A program made the translations under genes and the position numbers. The notes under the pieces were generated by a model. It was given only the letters and a program-made list of their open reading frames with translations, searched no databases and was not told the DNA's origin. From NCBI GenBank assembly GCA_041690135.1, contig JAWLHY010000021.1, forward strand, positions 1 through 64,000: a stretch of DNA of 64,000 bases. Reading direction: 5' to 3'. Source of the DNA: Armatimonadota bacterium (GTDB taxonomy: Bacteria; Armatimonadota; SYMT01). Shown here piece after piece: positions 10,941 to 21,415 of this stretch (position 1 is the stretch's first letter; every line of letters starts with the position of its first letter).

Positions 10941-12215
10941 ATGGAGCTGGCTGTTTCTTCCGTGGAGACCCCGACCGTGAGTGAACTGATCACCCTACCC
11001 CAGGCCCCCGCCGTCGCGAACGGCAATGTCGCCGGACCGCAGATGGAGTATCCGCGCCGCTGGACCCGCCCCGTCCGGGTCGGTCCGCACACCATCGGCG
11101 GCATGGCGCCGATCCTGGTCCAGTCGATGATCACGGAGAACACCCGCAACATCGAGGGCGCGGTGGCCCAGATCATCCAGCTTCACGAAGCCGGGTGCGA
11201 GCTGGTGCGCGTCACGGCGCCATCCATACGGGACGCCTATGCGATCGGGGAGATCAAGGCCGAGCTCAACCGGAGAGGTATTCCGGTACCACTGGTTGCC
11301 GACGTGCACCATGAGGGTCAGCAGATCGCTCTCGAAGTCGCGAAGTACGTGGACAAGGTTCGCATCAATCCCGGCCTCTACGTCTTCCGGAAGCAGAAGC
11401 CCGGCTACGACTACAGCCCCGAGGAGATCGCCGCCGCGCAGGCCCAGATCGAGGAGCAACTGGTGCCGCTGGTCCGCGTGTTGAAAGAGCGGGACACAGC
11501 TCTCCGCATCGGCGTCAACCACGGCTCGCTTTCGGACCGGCTCACCGTGATGTACGGCGACACACCCGAGGGGATGGTCCAATCCGCGCTGGAGTTCATC
11601 GAGATCTGCGAAAAGCACGACTTCCGCAACCTGGTCGTCTCCCTTAAGGCCTCGCGCGCCCAGGTGATGATCCAGGCGAACCGCCTGATGGTCCAGCGGA
11701 TGACGGAGCGCGGTATGAGTTACCCGCTGCACCTGGGCGTGACCGAGGCGGGCGACGGCCAGTATGCGCGCATCAAGTCCACGGTCGGGATCGGCACCCT
11801 CCTGGCCGAGGGGATCGGTGACACCATCCGTGTCTCGCTGGCCGAGGACCCGCTCAACGAGATCCCCGTGTGCTACGAGATTCTGCAGGCGATCGGGGCG
11901 CGACGCACCAAGACGGAGTACATTGCCTGCCCGAGCTGCGGACGCACCAAGTTCGACCTGCCGACCGTCCTCAACGAAGTCCGCAACGCCACCGGCCATC
12001 TCAAGTCGCTCAACATCGCCGTAATGGGCTGCATCGTCAATGGACCCGGAGAAATGGCGGACGCGGACTACGGCTACGTGGGCAAGGGGGAGGGGCTCAT
12101 CTCCCTCTACCGGGGGCGCGAAATCGTGAAAAACATGATCCCCGCTTCCGAGGGTGTGGCCGAGCTAATCGGGCTGTTGAAAGCGGACGGAGTCTGGGAA
12201 GACCCCAAAGGCTAG
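10941..12215 (+). CDS. ispG: 4-hydroxy-3-methylbut-2-en-1-yl diphosphate synthase
   Basis: [50 protein letters not shown] and [10 protein letters not shown] motifs; start codon uncertain. Confidence 0.97.
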   Translation: MELAVSSVETPTVSELITLPQAPAVANGNVAGPQMEYPRRWTRPVRVGPHTIGGMAPILVQSMITENTRNIEGAVAQIIQLHEAGCELVRVTAPSIRDAYAIGEIKAELNRRGIPVPLVADVHHEGQQIALEVAKYVDKVRINPGLYVFRKQKPGYDYSPEEIAAAQAQIEEQLVPLVRVLKERDTALRIGVNHGSLSDRLTVMYGDTPEGMVQSALEFIEICEKHDFRNLVVSLKASRAQVMIQANRLMVQRMTERGMSYPLHLGVTEAGDGQYARIKSTVGIGTLLAEGIGDTIRVSLAEDPLNEIPVCYEILQAIGARRTKTEYIACPSCGRTKFDLPTVLNEVRNATGHLKSLNIAVMGCIVNGPGEMADADYGYVGKGEGLISLYRGREIVKNMIPASEGVAELIGLLKADGVWEDPKG

Positions 12216-12223
12216 AGTTGGGA

Positions 12224-13318
12224 ATGCCCGATTTTCCGTCCGATCCGTCGCCCCCGCCGGGCCGACCCAGTGCGGAGGTCATCCGCGAGTTCGCCGACCG
12301 CGGGATGCTCTGGTTGTTTGAGGATCCCGCGAATGTCGGAGACCTCCTCCGCATATTGGATCCTGGAGCCGCCGGGCTCCTGGATTTCAGTCGTGCGGTG
12401 CGCGTAAACCGCAGCCTGGTACCGGCCGACCTCCAGAAGAAGGAAAGCGACGTCATCTTCTCTGTCCCGGTAGCGACGGAACGAGTGGAGGGCCCGCGCG
12501 GAGTTTGGGTTTATCTCCACCTGGAGCATCAATCCAAGCGCGATGACGAGATGCCCCTCCGCTTCCTGCTATCAATGGGAGAGCTCTGGGAGGCGCAGCG
12601 GAGAGCCTGGCTTGACCGGGGAACACCCGTTCAAGATCGCGTTCTCTGCGGGGTGATACCGATCGTGCTCTATACGGGCGAGGGGCGCTGGGAGGGGCCT
12701 CTCCGCTTGCTGGACCTGGTGGAGATTCCATCAGCACTGGAGCGGTTCGTCCCAGATTGGGAAATTCTGTTCTTGAACCTGAAGCGGACTTCGCCGGAAG
12801 ATCTGGTACGCTTCACCACTGCCGTAGGATGGGCGCTCCGGGTGCTCCAGGAGGAACGAAGTTCTTTCGATCGTTTTGAGCGTGCCGTCCTGGATGCGCT
12901 GGGCCACCTTGAGGAATTAGAGCCCGAACGGGTAGGCCAGTGGATCCGCACAGTGTGGTATGTACTTTTGCTTGCCTTCCATCGGCGTGCCGGCGACGAG
13001 TATAATGAGTTGGAAACACGAATACGCGAAGGCGCGGCGCACTCCAAGTTCTTCGATCCCAGAGAGGCGGAAGCAATGGCAGTAACTATGGCGCAGGAAT
13101 GTGAAGCGCGTGGCGAAGCACGTGGCGAACGGCGAGCAACACTCAAGGCACTAGAACGAGTACTTAGTAGCAGACTTGGCCGAACTCCAGCTGAGTACGC
13201 CCGCGCGCTTTCAGTGGCAGATACCGAGACGCTCGAACGATGGTTCGAGGAGGCATTGGCGGGAACTCCGATTGAGGAACTCGGCATCCCCAGAGAGCAC
13301 CCTGTAAAGGACCAATAA
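12224..13318 (+). CDS. Rpn/YhgA-like PD-(D/E)XK nuclease (putative transposase family), copy 1
   Basis: SLVPADLQKKESDVIF, VYLHLEHQS, MPLRFL, VIPIVLYTG; C-terminal EARGEARGE and DUF4351-like tail. Confidence 0.85.
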   Translation: MPDFPSDPSPPPGRPSAEVIREFADRGMLWLFEDPANVGDLLRILDPGAAGLLDFSRAVRVNRSLVPADLQKKESDVIFSVPVATERVEGPRGVWVYLHLEHQSKRDDEMPLRFLLSMGELWEAQRRAWLDRGTPVQDRVLCGVIPIVLYTGEGRWEGPLRLLDLVEIPSALERFVPDWEILFLNLKRTSPEDLVRFTTAVGWALRVLQEERSSFDRFERAVLDALGHLEELEPERVGQWIRTVWYVLLLAFHRRAGDEYNELETRIREGAAHSKFFDPREAEAMAVTMAQECEARGEARGERRATLKALERVLSSRLGRTPAEYARALSVADTETLERWFEEALAGTPIEELGIPREHPVKDQ

Positions 13319-13461
13319 TCCGGATCCGGAGTTCAAATTACGAAGGCCGCGCCCGTATTGGCGCGGCCTTCAAGCGTTCCGGGCTGCCCGAAAACTTCAC
13401 AGGCGCCCACCTGATTCTCTGCTCAGTTAGACGCCGGTCCGCTCCAGGAGTTGCGCCGAAC

Positions 13462-15144
13462 TCAGTCGGACTTTTCCTCCGGCGCGATCTGCAGCATCCG
13501 AGCCGGGTCGACGGAGGCATCGTCCCCCATCTCTCCAGAGGATTTCTCCCGATCCGGCGTAGGCTTTGCCGCCGGCGAACTCGTCTGTTTCACCTTCCGC
13601 TTCCAGAGGGCGTGCGCCGCGGCGGCCGCTCCTCCCGCGGCAAGACCGGCCGCCGCGGCAGCGGGGTCCGGTAGAGCCGGCGAAGGAGCGAGGACTCCGG
13701 CCTTCTGGCTCGCTTTCGGATCATCCGTCGTCGCGCTGCGACGCGGCGTAACCGCATCCGAAGCATTCGCGGGCCGAACATTGCGCAGCACCGGTCCGGA
13801 TGCGAGCAACGTGCGTGGCACAGCGGAAAGGGCCACGGTAACGGGCGGGGTCTCCGCTCCCACCAGCACGGTTTGGGTGACGCTTGGGATTCCCTCGCCT
13901 TCCACCTGGATCTCGTATTCCCCCGGCACCAGGACGTGCTTCACCGAGAAGCGCCCGTCGGCGTTGGCGACTCCCGGCATCCCCGCGATCCGCACCCGCG
14001 CTCCCGGGACAGGGCGCCCCGTCGGATCCGTGACCCGGCCCACGACCTGAACGATCTCACTCCGGGCTCCCTGCTCGCGGACATCAACATGCACGTGACA
14101 GCCGGCGGTGTTGACATGGCACGCTTCCATCGGTTCAACCCAAACCCCGCCGCTCCGCATCGTGGCGGCCGCCAGACGGAGCCAGTCCCCTTCAGAGGTG
14201 GTAGTGCGACCGGTGTGGGGCGGCGCGCTGTCCGGCTGGACATATAGGTCCAGCGCACGCCCGTACTGGTGGTGGCTCTCATCCACTGAACCGTGCACTT
14301 CTTCCTGGCGAACCGGGTTCCGGAAGGCACTGGTCACCACAACCGGCCGGCCGTACGTCTTCTCCGTCTGGTGTAGCGTGGCCACGACTCGTTCGGAGGT
14401 CAGGATGACGGGATAGCGTTCTTCAAGTCCGGGAATGCGGGTGAAGTTGAGACGGGTGAAAGCGACTCCCGGATATTTCTTGCCGAACAGCGCCGCGAAC
14501 TGCTTTTCGTCCAGCAGTTCCTTCCGTGCGGGCACGTAGCCCCGTTGGAGGTCCACGTATTCCTGGCGCAGGCGGTCTCGGTGATCCTGCGTCAGCGTGC
14601 GGGAAACCCGGCTTGGCGCGCTCCCGACGGTCGCTTCCGCCGTGACGGTGACCGAAAGCGGCTCTCCCATTCCGGTGGGGTTTCCCTCCGGACGAATCAG
14701 GGTCACATGCAGTTCGGGACCTTCGAGCACGGCATCTTCCGGAACGCGGAACCCGGCGGGAGGGATCACCTTCCAGCGAACGGGACCGGTCACTGCCGCA
14801 CCGTCCTTCGGTCGCGCCATTGCAACCACGCGGAGCCGGGTGGGGGTGTCGGTCACGAAGCTCTTACTGACCAGACCCGGCTGAAGCCACGGAAAAGGGG
14901 CCGCGCCAGCCCGGAAAACAGCAATCTCAAGCCCCGCGCCAGCGGGAGCCGGCGCCGGATCGGGGGGCGCCGCTACTGGAAGTGGGCTCGGCAACACGCT
15001 GGTGTCCGCTTCCGGCTCCGCCGGCTGGCCCGCCCGGACCATCGCCGCCGCCAAGACGCCCACGGGAATCAGGCCCAGTGCCGCATACCGCCGGTCTCGC
15101 CAGCGGCTTCCCACCCGTGTTCTCCAGTCCCTCATGCTTCTCAC
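13462..15144 (-). CDS. Peptidase M15-family (D-Ala-D-Ala metallopeptidase fold) protein with carboxypeptidase-regulatory-like domain
   Basis: VTSAFRNP...SHHQYGRALDL...HVHVD Zn motifs; GRVTDPTGRPVPGARV beta-sandwich; N-terminal signal or TM segment. Confidence 0.8.
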   Translation of the reverse strand: MRSMRDWRTRVGSRWRDRRYAALGLIPVGVLAAAMVRAGQPAEPEADTSVLPSPLPVAAPPDPAPAPAGAGLEIAVFRAGAAPFPWLQPGLVSKSFVTDTPTRLRVVAMARPKDGAAVTGPVRWKVIPPAGFRVPEDAVLEGPELHVTLIRPEGNPTGMGEPLSVTVTAEATVGSAPSRVSRTLTQDHRDRLRQEYVDLQRGYVPARKELLDEKQFAALFGKKYPGVAFTRLNFTRIPGLEERYPVILTSERVVATLHQTEKTYGRPVVVTSAFRNPVRQEEVHGSVDESHHQYGRALDLYVQPDSAPPHTGRTTTSEGDWLRLAAATMRSGGVWVEPMEACHVNTAGCHVHVDVREQGARSEIVQVVGRVTDPTGRPVPGARVRIAGMPGVANADGRFSVKHVLVPGEYEIQVEGEGIPSVTQTVLVGAETPPVTVALSAVPRTLLASGPVLRNVRPANASDAVTPRRSATTDDPKASQKAGVLAPSPALPDPAAAAAGLAAGGAAAAAHALWKRKVKQTSSPAAKPTPDREKSSGEMGDDASVDPARMLQIAPEEKSD

Positions 15145-15284
15145 CGTACTCCGATTCGTTTGCTTCTTCGCGGTCCGCGATTACCAGTCTATACTGCCGG
15201 AGAGAGTGCCGCCAGTGCACACTCTCGATTTCACGAGATTTCAACCTATCACTGCAATCCGTTGAAGGCTCGGACGTGCTCGTA

Positions 15285-16607
15285 TCAGTCGCGCCGCCCT
15301 TCGATGAAGCGGGGCTGCCAGGTCCGGAGGGCATCCGCCTGCGCCACGAGCGGATCGGGGCGTCCGGTGGCGCTCAAGCGGCGCAGAACATACTCATCAA
15401 GGGCCGCCCTCAACTCCGTCACGATTGAAGGATTCTGTTCCGCCTGGTTGACCAATTCCATGGGATCAGACGACAGATGATACAGCTCCACTGCGGGCTT
15501 TCCGTAGATATCCGGTTCCAACGCTTCGATCAGCTTCCATTCGGACGTTCGCCAGCCCCGCTTACGCATCCAGGTGCACTCCGTCAGGTAAACGGCCTCC
15601 CGACCCGCAACGTTATCTTCTCGGATCATTGGCAAGAGCGACCTTCCGGACTGCGTTCCCTCCCAATTTCTTTCGCCGAGCAGTTCCAGGACGGTCGGCG
15701 CAACATCCAGCAGCGAAACCATCTGCGGTACCATCTTCCCCGCTCCCTCCGCGCCGGGAAGCCGGATCAGCAGCGGCACTGTTACGTTTGTGTCGTAAAG
15801 ACCGTGATGATCAAACCAGCACCCGTGCTCGTCGAGTTCCTCTCCATGGTCGGCCTGTAGGATGACCAGCGTCTCATCCGCAAGCTGAAGCTCCTGGAGG
15901 CGGTGGAGTACATCCGCCAGGCAGGCATCCGAGTAGGCGATGCCGGCATCGTATTGTGCCTTGACGAACTCAACATCCCGCACGCCGTCCAGCCATTCCG
16001 CGAAGTAGTTCGCGAACCAGGGTGACTTCCACACGGGGTCCATGCTGGTGTGATGCGCCGCCCGCTCATCGCCTGAATAGAACATCCGGTCGAATGGAGG
16101 TGGTGGAAGATAGGGAGTGTGCGGATCCCAGTAGTGGAGGAAGAGCAGAAACGGCTGTCGGGCGCGCCGATGGCGCTCGGCCGCTTCTTGAAGGCAAGAC
16201 AAGGCTCTCGCGGTGACCTCTTCGCCATTGCGCCACGGCAACGTGCCATCGTGGTTCCAGCGTGGGTACTTCTCGTAGCGCTCGAAGGACCGCTCGATCC
16301 AGCGACCGATATTGTCAACGGCGGCGGTGAAATAACCGCGCTCCCGCAACAGGTCGGAGAGGAGCCGGATCTCCGCGTCCAGTTCTTGCAGTCCGCCCTG
16401 GGCCACGATCTGGTGATCGAACACGTCCCGACCCGAAAACAGGGTTGTGTGCGCCGGTTGGGTCGGAATATGCGGACTGATCATCTGGTCAAAGCGAATG
16501 CTCTCCCGCGCCAGACGATCGATGTTCGGCGAGGTGTTGCGGGAGTAGCCGTAGCATCCCAGGTGATCCCGGCGTAGGCAGTCGATTACGATCCAGAGAA
16601 CGTTCAT
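15285..16607 (-). CDS. Sulfatase-like alkaline-phosphatase-superfamily hydrolase (Thr-type motif, cytoplasmic)
   Basis: IDCLRRDHLG, SPNIDRLA, PTQPAHTTLFSG, HYWDPHTPY, ADHGE; no signal peptide. Confidence 0.88.
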   Translation of the reverse strand: MNVLWIVIDCLRRDHLGCYGYSRNTSPNIDRLARESIRFDQMISPHIPTQPAHTTLFSGRDVFDHQIVAQGGLQELDAEIRLLSDLLRERGYFTAAVDNIGRWIERSFERYEKYPRWNHDGTLPWRNGEEVTARALSCLQEAAERHRRARQPFLLFLHYWDPHTPYLPPPPFDRMFYSGDERAAHHTSMDPVWKSPWFANYFAEWLDGVRDVEFVKAQYDAGIAYSDACLADVLHRLQELQLADETLVILQADHGEELDEHGCWFDHHGLYDTNVTVPLLIRLPGAEGAGKMVPQMVSLLDVAPTVLELLGERNWEGTQSGRSLLPMIREDNVAGREAVYLTECTWMRKRGWRTSEWKLIEALEPDIYGKPAVELYHLSSDPMELVNQAEQNPSIVTELRAALDEYVLRRLSATGRPDPLVAQADALRTWQPRFIEGRRD

Positions 16608-16814
16608 CAGACAGGAATTCTACCCTCTCACGCAGAGGCAGGCCAGGGCAACTTTGGCGGCCTTTCAGCAGCAGGCGAAGCATTCCCCCGGTTCGGGGCG
16701 TCCAATTAGGGGCGTCGTCCCGGCAAACGAGTGATCGTTGCCCTGGCCACCGCCCGTTAGCTATACTCTGAGCACAAAGCGCCCCACATTTCACCGGGCT
16801 CCGGAGACTTCCCC

Positions 16815-18749
16815 ATGTTCCGCCTTCGCCTTTTCTCCCTGTCATTCCTCATCGCCCTGCTGCTGGGAGGCGTTTTCACGGCGGCCGGCTTCACCCAGAC
16901 GGTCGGCGGGGAGATCGCGGGGGCAGTCAAGGATTCCCGGAACCGGCCGGTCGCCAACGCCACGGTCCGGGTCCAAGCCGGTCCGCTTCTGGTGTCGGCA
17001 CGGACGGATGGGAAAGGCGCCTACCGCCTGCCCGAGTTGATTCCAGGCGCTTACGAACTCCTGGCCCTGAAACCCGGTTACGTCTCCGTGCACCGTGGAC
17101 AGGTGGTCGTGGCGGCCGGTGCGGTCGAGACGGAGAACTTCACGCTCGAATGGGCGAACGAAGCCAACGGTGGCGTGGAGGTCCTGGTACAGGACCCCCA
17201 GCGCCAACCGGTGACGGAGGGACGTATCGACCTGTTTCACAACGGCGTGTTTCAAACCAGCTTGCCCCTGGACCAGGCAGGATCGGCGATCTTTTCCGGG
17301 CTCGCCCCGGGGAGTTACAGTTTCACGATCGAAGCGGTCGGCTTCTTCCCCGCCGGTCGAAGCAACGTGCGGGTTACCGCCGGGAAGCATGCTACCGTGA
17401 CGACCCGCCTCCGGCGTGACGCGCGGCAGGCGGGTGCGATCTCCGGCTCGGTGCAAGATCTCAACGGCGTTCCCATCCGAAACGCCGTCGTCAAGATTGT
17501 CGCGGGCCCCTCACGAGGGCAAGCCCGCACCAATGGCCTGGGACAGTTCACCTTCCGCAGCGTACCACCCGGGGCGGGCTACTCCCTGCAAGCCAACGCC
17601 AACGGATACGCCCCGCAGACGCTCGATAACGTGACCGTAAGGGCAAAACAGGGTGCTACGGTCAACTTCCGACTGCTGGAAGCTGCGCGGCAAATGGGTT
17701 CCATCACCGGCATCATCCGCAACTCGCTCGGTTTGCCCGTATCCCTGGCAACCGTTACCATGACAGCCGGGCCCGGGAGGGGGATGCAGGCAGTATCCGG
17801 CGCCGATGGCCGGTACACGTTTACCGACCTGGAACCTTCACCTTCCTATGCGTTACTGGCATCGAGCCCGGGCCACTCGCCCGCGGGCGTCTCCGCCATC
17901 AATGTGATTGCCGGCCGTACCGCGGTCGTCAACTTCCTGCTGCAGGCACAACTCGTGCCGCCGGGAAGCATCGGCGGCGGAGTGACGGATCGAGATACAG
18001 GTGCTCCCCTGGAAGGCGTGCTGGTGGAGGTGGTGCAAGGAGTCAGCGTGGGCATTTCTACGTTGACCGATGCGGGCGGCGATTACATCCTGGAAGGGCT
18101 TGTTCCCGCGGATAACTACATTCTTCGCTTCAGTAAAGACGGATACGACACGCTCCGGATTCCCTTCATTCAGGTGCGCAGCGCAACACGCAGTACCGTG
18201 AACGCCCAGTTACCTGTCAACCAACCCCCGGTTGGCGCCATTTCCGGAAAGGTGGTGGAGTTCGGTAACCGGCCGCTCCCCGGAGCAAAGATCGTACTTT
18301 TCACCGGACCGAGTGCGCCGCTCCAGACCACCACCAATGCCCGTGGAGAATTCACTTTCAGTAACTTGCGGGTCGGAACGAACTACGGCATCCGGGCCAG
18401 CAAGGAAGGATATGCCGCCCAGGAGAAGCGCAATATCCGCGTACTGGAAGGCCAGACCGTGCCGGTGACCCTCGAGCTTCGCCTGGGAGAAATCACCGGC
18501 AAACTCCAGGGCCGGGTCGTCGACTTGCTGCAGCGCCCCATCGCCAATGCCACGGTGCGGATCATCGAAGGCCCATCCGGATCGCTGGACGCCCGGACGA
18601 ACGCCCAGGGAGAGTTCCTCTTTGAGGCCCTGCCCCAGGGACGTTACACCGTCGACGCCTTCGCCAATGGCTTCCGCTCGCAGCGGCGTGGAAACCTCGA
18701 CGTCTCACCCGGCGGCACGACCTTCGTCACTATCCAGTTGCTCCCCTGA
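16815..18749 (+). CDS. Secreted protein with 7 tandem carboxypeptidase-regulatory-like (beta-sandwich) domains
   Basis: Signal peptide, then seven roughly 90-aa repeats of the form G-x-I-x-G-x-V-x-D...A-x-V...G-x-Y/F...PG-x-Y. Confidence 0.85.
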   Translation: MFRLRLFSLSFLIALLLGGVFTAAGFTQTVGGEIAGAVKDSRNRPVANATVRVQAGPLLVSARTDGKGAYRLPELIPGAYELLALKPGYVSVHRGQVVVAAGAVETENFTLEWANEANGGVEVLVQDPQRQPVTEGRIDLFHNGVFQTSLPLDQAGSAIFSGLAPGSYSFTIEAVGFFPAGRSNVRVTAGKHATVTTRLRRDARQAGAISGSVQDLNGVPIRNAVVKIVAGPSRGQARTNGLGQFTFRSVPPGAGYSLQANANGYAPQTLDNVTVRAKQGATVNFRLLEAARQMGSITGIIRNSLGLPVSLATVTMTAGPGRGMQAVSGADGRYTFTDLEPSPSYALLASSPGHSPAGVSAINVIAGRTAVVNFLLQAQLVPPGSIGGGVTDRDTGAPLEGVLVEVVQGVSVGISTLTDAGGDYILEGLVPADNYILRFSKDGYDTLRIPFIQVRSATRSTVNAQLPVNQPPVGAISGKVVEFGNRPLPGAKIVLFTGPSAPLQTTTNARGEFTFSNLRVGTNYGIRASKEGYAAQEKRNIRVLEGQTVPVTLELRLGEITGKLQGRVVDLLQRPIANATVRIIEGPSGSLDARTNAQGEFLFEALPQGRYTVDAFANGFRSQRRGNLDVSPGGTTFVTIQLLP

Positions 18750-18874
18750 GTGTCCGAACCTACGTTTGAGATTCCGCCCTGACATGGAAAACCCCACTGG
18801 CCGGCTTGCCGGGCGGTGGAGGTGGGACAGGCTCCCGAGAGTTCCCGGCGAGAGGACCGGTAGAGGAGCAGTCC

Positions 18875-21130
18875 ATGGGCAAACCACTTCACAACCAGCA
18901 GTCGAGATTCCCGTTCGACAACCTGGGGCGGCTGATTTGCGCCGTCATCTTTTTACTTTGCGGGCTGTTGAGCCCGCTTCCCGCTGCGGCGCAAACCGGC
19001 TCCATCACCGGATTCGTAGTCGACAGCGTTGGTAACCGCCTGGGAGGCGCCACCATCCGGGCGATCTCCGGACCGGGGGCGGGTCGCCAGGCGAGCACAG
19101 CCGCCGACGGAACTTACTTACTCACCGGGCTGCCGGCCGGGCGATACATCTTCCGCGCCACACGCGCCGGATACGCCACGGACTCACGTACCGTGAACGT
19201 CCCTGCCTTTGTCACCAGTCGCGTGGACTTCGTCCTCCGCGAGATCCCGCAGGCGGGGGGAGCACTGGAAGGCGTGATCACCCGCAGCGGTACCGGACAG
19301 CCGGTACCCGGAGTGCTGGTACAACTCTCCTCTTCGGTTTTCTCGCAATCCACAACCACGAACAGCGAAGGAAGATATCGCTTCTCGAACGTGCCGGTAG
19401 GTACGTACCGGCTCCAGGCTTCTCGCGTGGGGTTCAATGCGGTGGCGCGCACGGGAATCAATATCCGGAACGGTCGCACCACTACCCTCAACTTCGCTAT
19501 GACGTCCCGAAGTTCCGAACTAGGGATACTGCAAGGAACGGTCGTCGATGCGGAAGGAGACCCACTCTCGGGCGTGCTGGTACGCCTGGCCACCGGTGCA
19601 TCGCGAGGCCAATTCGACACCACCAACTCGCTTGGCAATTACCAGATCTCCGGGATCGTCCCGGATACCTACACCGTTGAGTTCAGCCGTGCGGACCTGG
19701 CAACCGCCACCCAGGCGAATGTGGCAATCGGCCCGGCCCAACGCGTGGTGCTAAATGCGGTTTTACTGCCCGAAGCGGAAGCAGACGCCTCCATCGAAGG
19801 CGTGGTGTTCGGTCCGGTCGGGCAACTCCTCCAGGGAGCGGTAGTGGAGATCATCGACGGACCCGCAACGGGCGCCTTCGACGTCACCGACTCAGTGGGG
19901 GTCTACCGCATCCGAGGGCTCCAGCCAGGAACTTACACCCTGCTGGCCAACGCGACCGGTTTTGGAGCGGTTCAACGGTTCGTTACGGTCACGGAAAGCG
20001 CGAACCTCCGAGTCGACTTTGTGTTGCCGTCGAATCAGTTGGGGAACGGCACGATCACCGGTCAGGTCACCGATGCTTCCGGCGAACCGGTGGCCGATGT
20101 CGGCGTGCGGATCACCAGTGGACCCGTAACAGGCCGGGTGACCTCTACCGACGCGGACGGGGACTATACCATCCTGAACCTACCCGACGGATTGTACACG
20201 GTGGTCTTCAGCAGCCCTGGCTTCGACGACGTGACGGTCGCGGGCATTGAAGTGGAACGAAACGGCATCGCCGTCCGCAACGTGACCCTCGTGGGCGAAG
20301 GAGGCGGGACCGGCGTTATCACAGGCCTGGTCACGGATAGCGACGATAACCCGCTTTCCGGCATACGGGTAGAGGTTCTTCGCGACGCCCAGGTGGTGAC
20401 GACTGTCACGACAAACGCTTCCGGCCGCTACACCGCCTCCGGCCTCGCCACGGACACCTACAGTCTCCGTTTCAGCGGCACGGGCTTCAACACGGAACTG
20501 GTCAGCGACGTCGAGGTGACGGATGGTGCGACAACCACCCTCAACGTGCAACTCGACGAGTCCGCCGCGTCCACCGGAACGGTCCGCGGTAACGTCATCG
20601 ATCAGGCCGGCCGCAGTATCGCGGGCGCAACGGCCACCCTGGTTGCTCCGGACGGCGATCGCACCCAGACCCTCACGGACGCCGACGGTGACTTCCTGTT
20701 CCAGAATGTGCCGATCGGCGGTCCTTACAGCGTGGAAGTGACGGCGGACAATCTCGAGGCGAGCACGCGGGGACCCTTTACCGTCACGGCGGGCGGCGAC
20801 ATCAACCTGCAATTCATCCTGCGCTCGCTTCCGGGCGCCGGTTCGATTGCGGGGTCCGTGCGTCGCAGCAATAACCTGCCGATCGAGGGAGCCACCGTTC
20901 GTATTGTGGCCGGCCCGGCACGCGGTTTGACGACCACCACCAACGCTTCCGGAGAGTTCAACTTCCCGGCCCTCCCCCCGGGCACCTACGGTCTCGTTGC
21001 CACGGCTCCGGGGCATCGTGCCCAGCGGCGGAACGTGATCGTGCGCGCGGGCAATGCCAGCTTCACGATCTTCCGGCTTGCAGTACAACGTGGCAGCGCC
21101 GTTTTACCACAGGTACGTCTGCGCCGATAA
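18875..21130 (+). CDS. Secreted protein with 8 tandem carboxypeptidase-regulatory-like domains
   Basis: GAGGAG RBS; signal peptide ending AAA-Q; eight repeats from GSITGFVVD to GSIAGSVRR. Confidence 0.85.
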   Translation: MGKPLHNQQSRFPFDNLGRLICAVIFLLCGLLSPLPAAAQTGSITGFVVDSVGNRLGGATIRAISGPGAGRQASTAADGTYLLTGLPAGRYIFRATRAGYATDSRTVNVPAFVTSRVDFVLREIPQAGGALEGVITRSGTGQPVPGVLVQLSSSVFSQSTTTNSEGRYRFSNVPVGTYRLQASRVGFNAVARTGINIRNGRTTTLNFAMTSRSSELGILQGTVVDAEGDPLSGVLVRLATGASRGQFDTTNSLGNYQISGIVPDTYTVEFSRADLATATQANVAIGPAQRVVLNAVLLPEAEADASIEGVVFGPVGQLLQGAVVEIIDGPATGAFDVTDSVGVYRIRGLQPGTYTLLANATGFGAVQRFVTVTESANLRVDFVLPSNQLGNGTITGQVTDASGEPVADVGVRITSGPVTGRVTSTDADGDYTILNLPDGLYTVVFSSPGFDDVTVAGIEVERNGIAVRNVTLVGEGGGTGVITGLVTDSDDNPLSGIRVEVLRDAQVVTTVTTNASGRYTASGLATDTYSLRFSGTGFNTELVSDVEVTDGATTTLNVQLDESAASTGTVRGNVIDQAGRSIAGATATLVAPDGDRTQTLTDADGDFLFQNVPIGGPYSVEVTADNLEASTRGPFTVTAGGDINLQFILRSLPGAGSIAGSVRRSNNLPIEGATVRIVAGPARGLTTTTNASGEFNFPALPPGTYGLVATAPGHRAQRRNVIVRAGNASFTIFRLAVQRGSAVLPQVRLRR

Positions 21131-21415
21131 GGAAAAGTGAAGGTGCTTTGAAACGGGGCCGTGGGAGTGCGAGACGGTGAGATCACCGTTCATCCACTCC
21201 CGCGGCCCATGCGGCCTGCACCGGGGCCGCGGACATCGCATTACGTATTGAAGGCCCACGTGTTGGGTCTATGTTGGACGCCGGATCGCGGGGGAGATAA
21301 CCGAAACTTTGCTACCAGGCCATTGTCCCACCCAGCGGAAGTTTTTTGTTTAGTCGCGTACCCCGGAAGGACCGGTCTGGCGGCCCGAAAGCGCCACCCG
21401 GAGGGAGTCGACCTG

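Noticed and set aside
11870-12223. N-terminal extension of the 482-aa Rpn ORF
   Set aside because: Overlaps ispG in another frame; paralog alignment supports ATG 12224
12224-13318. Rpn genes as IS elements
   Set aside because: No terminal inverted repeats or target duplications seen; the family is PD-(D/E)XK rather than DDE
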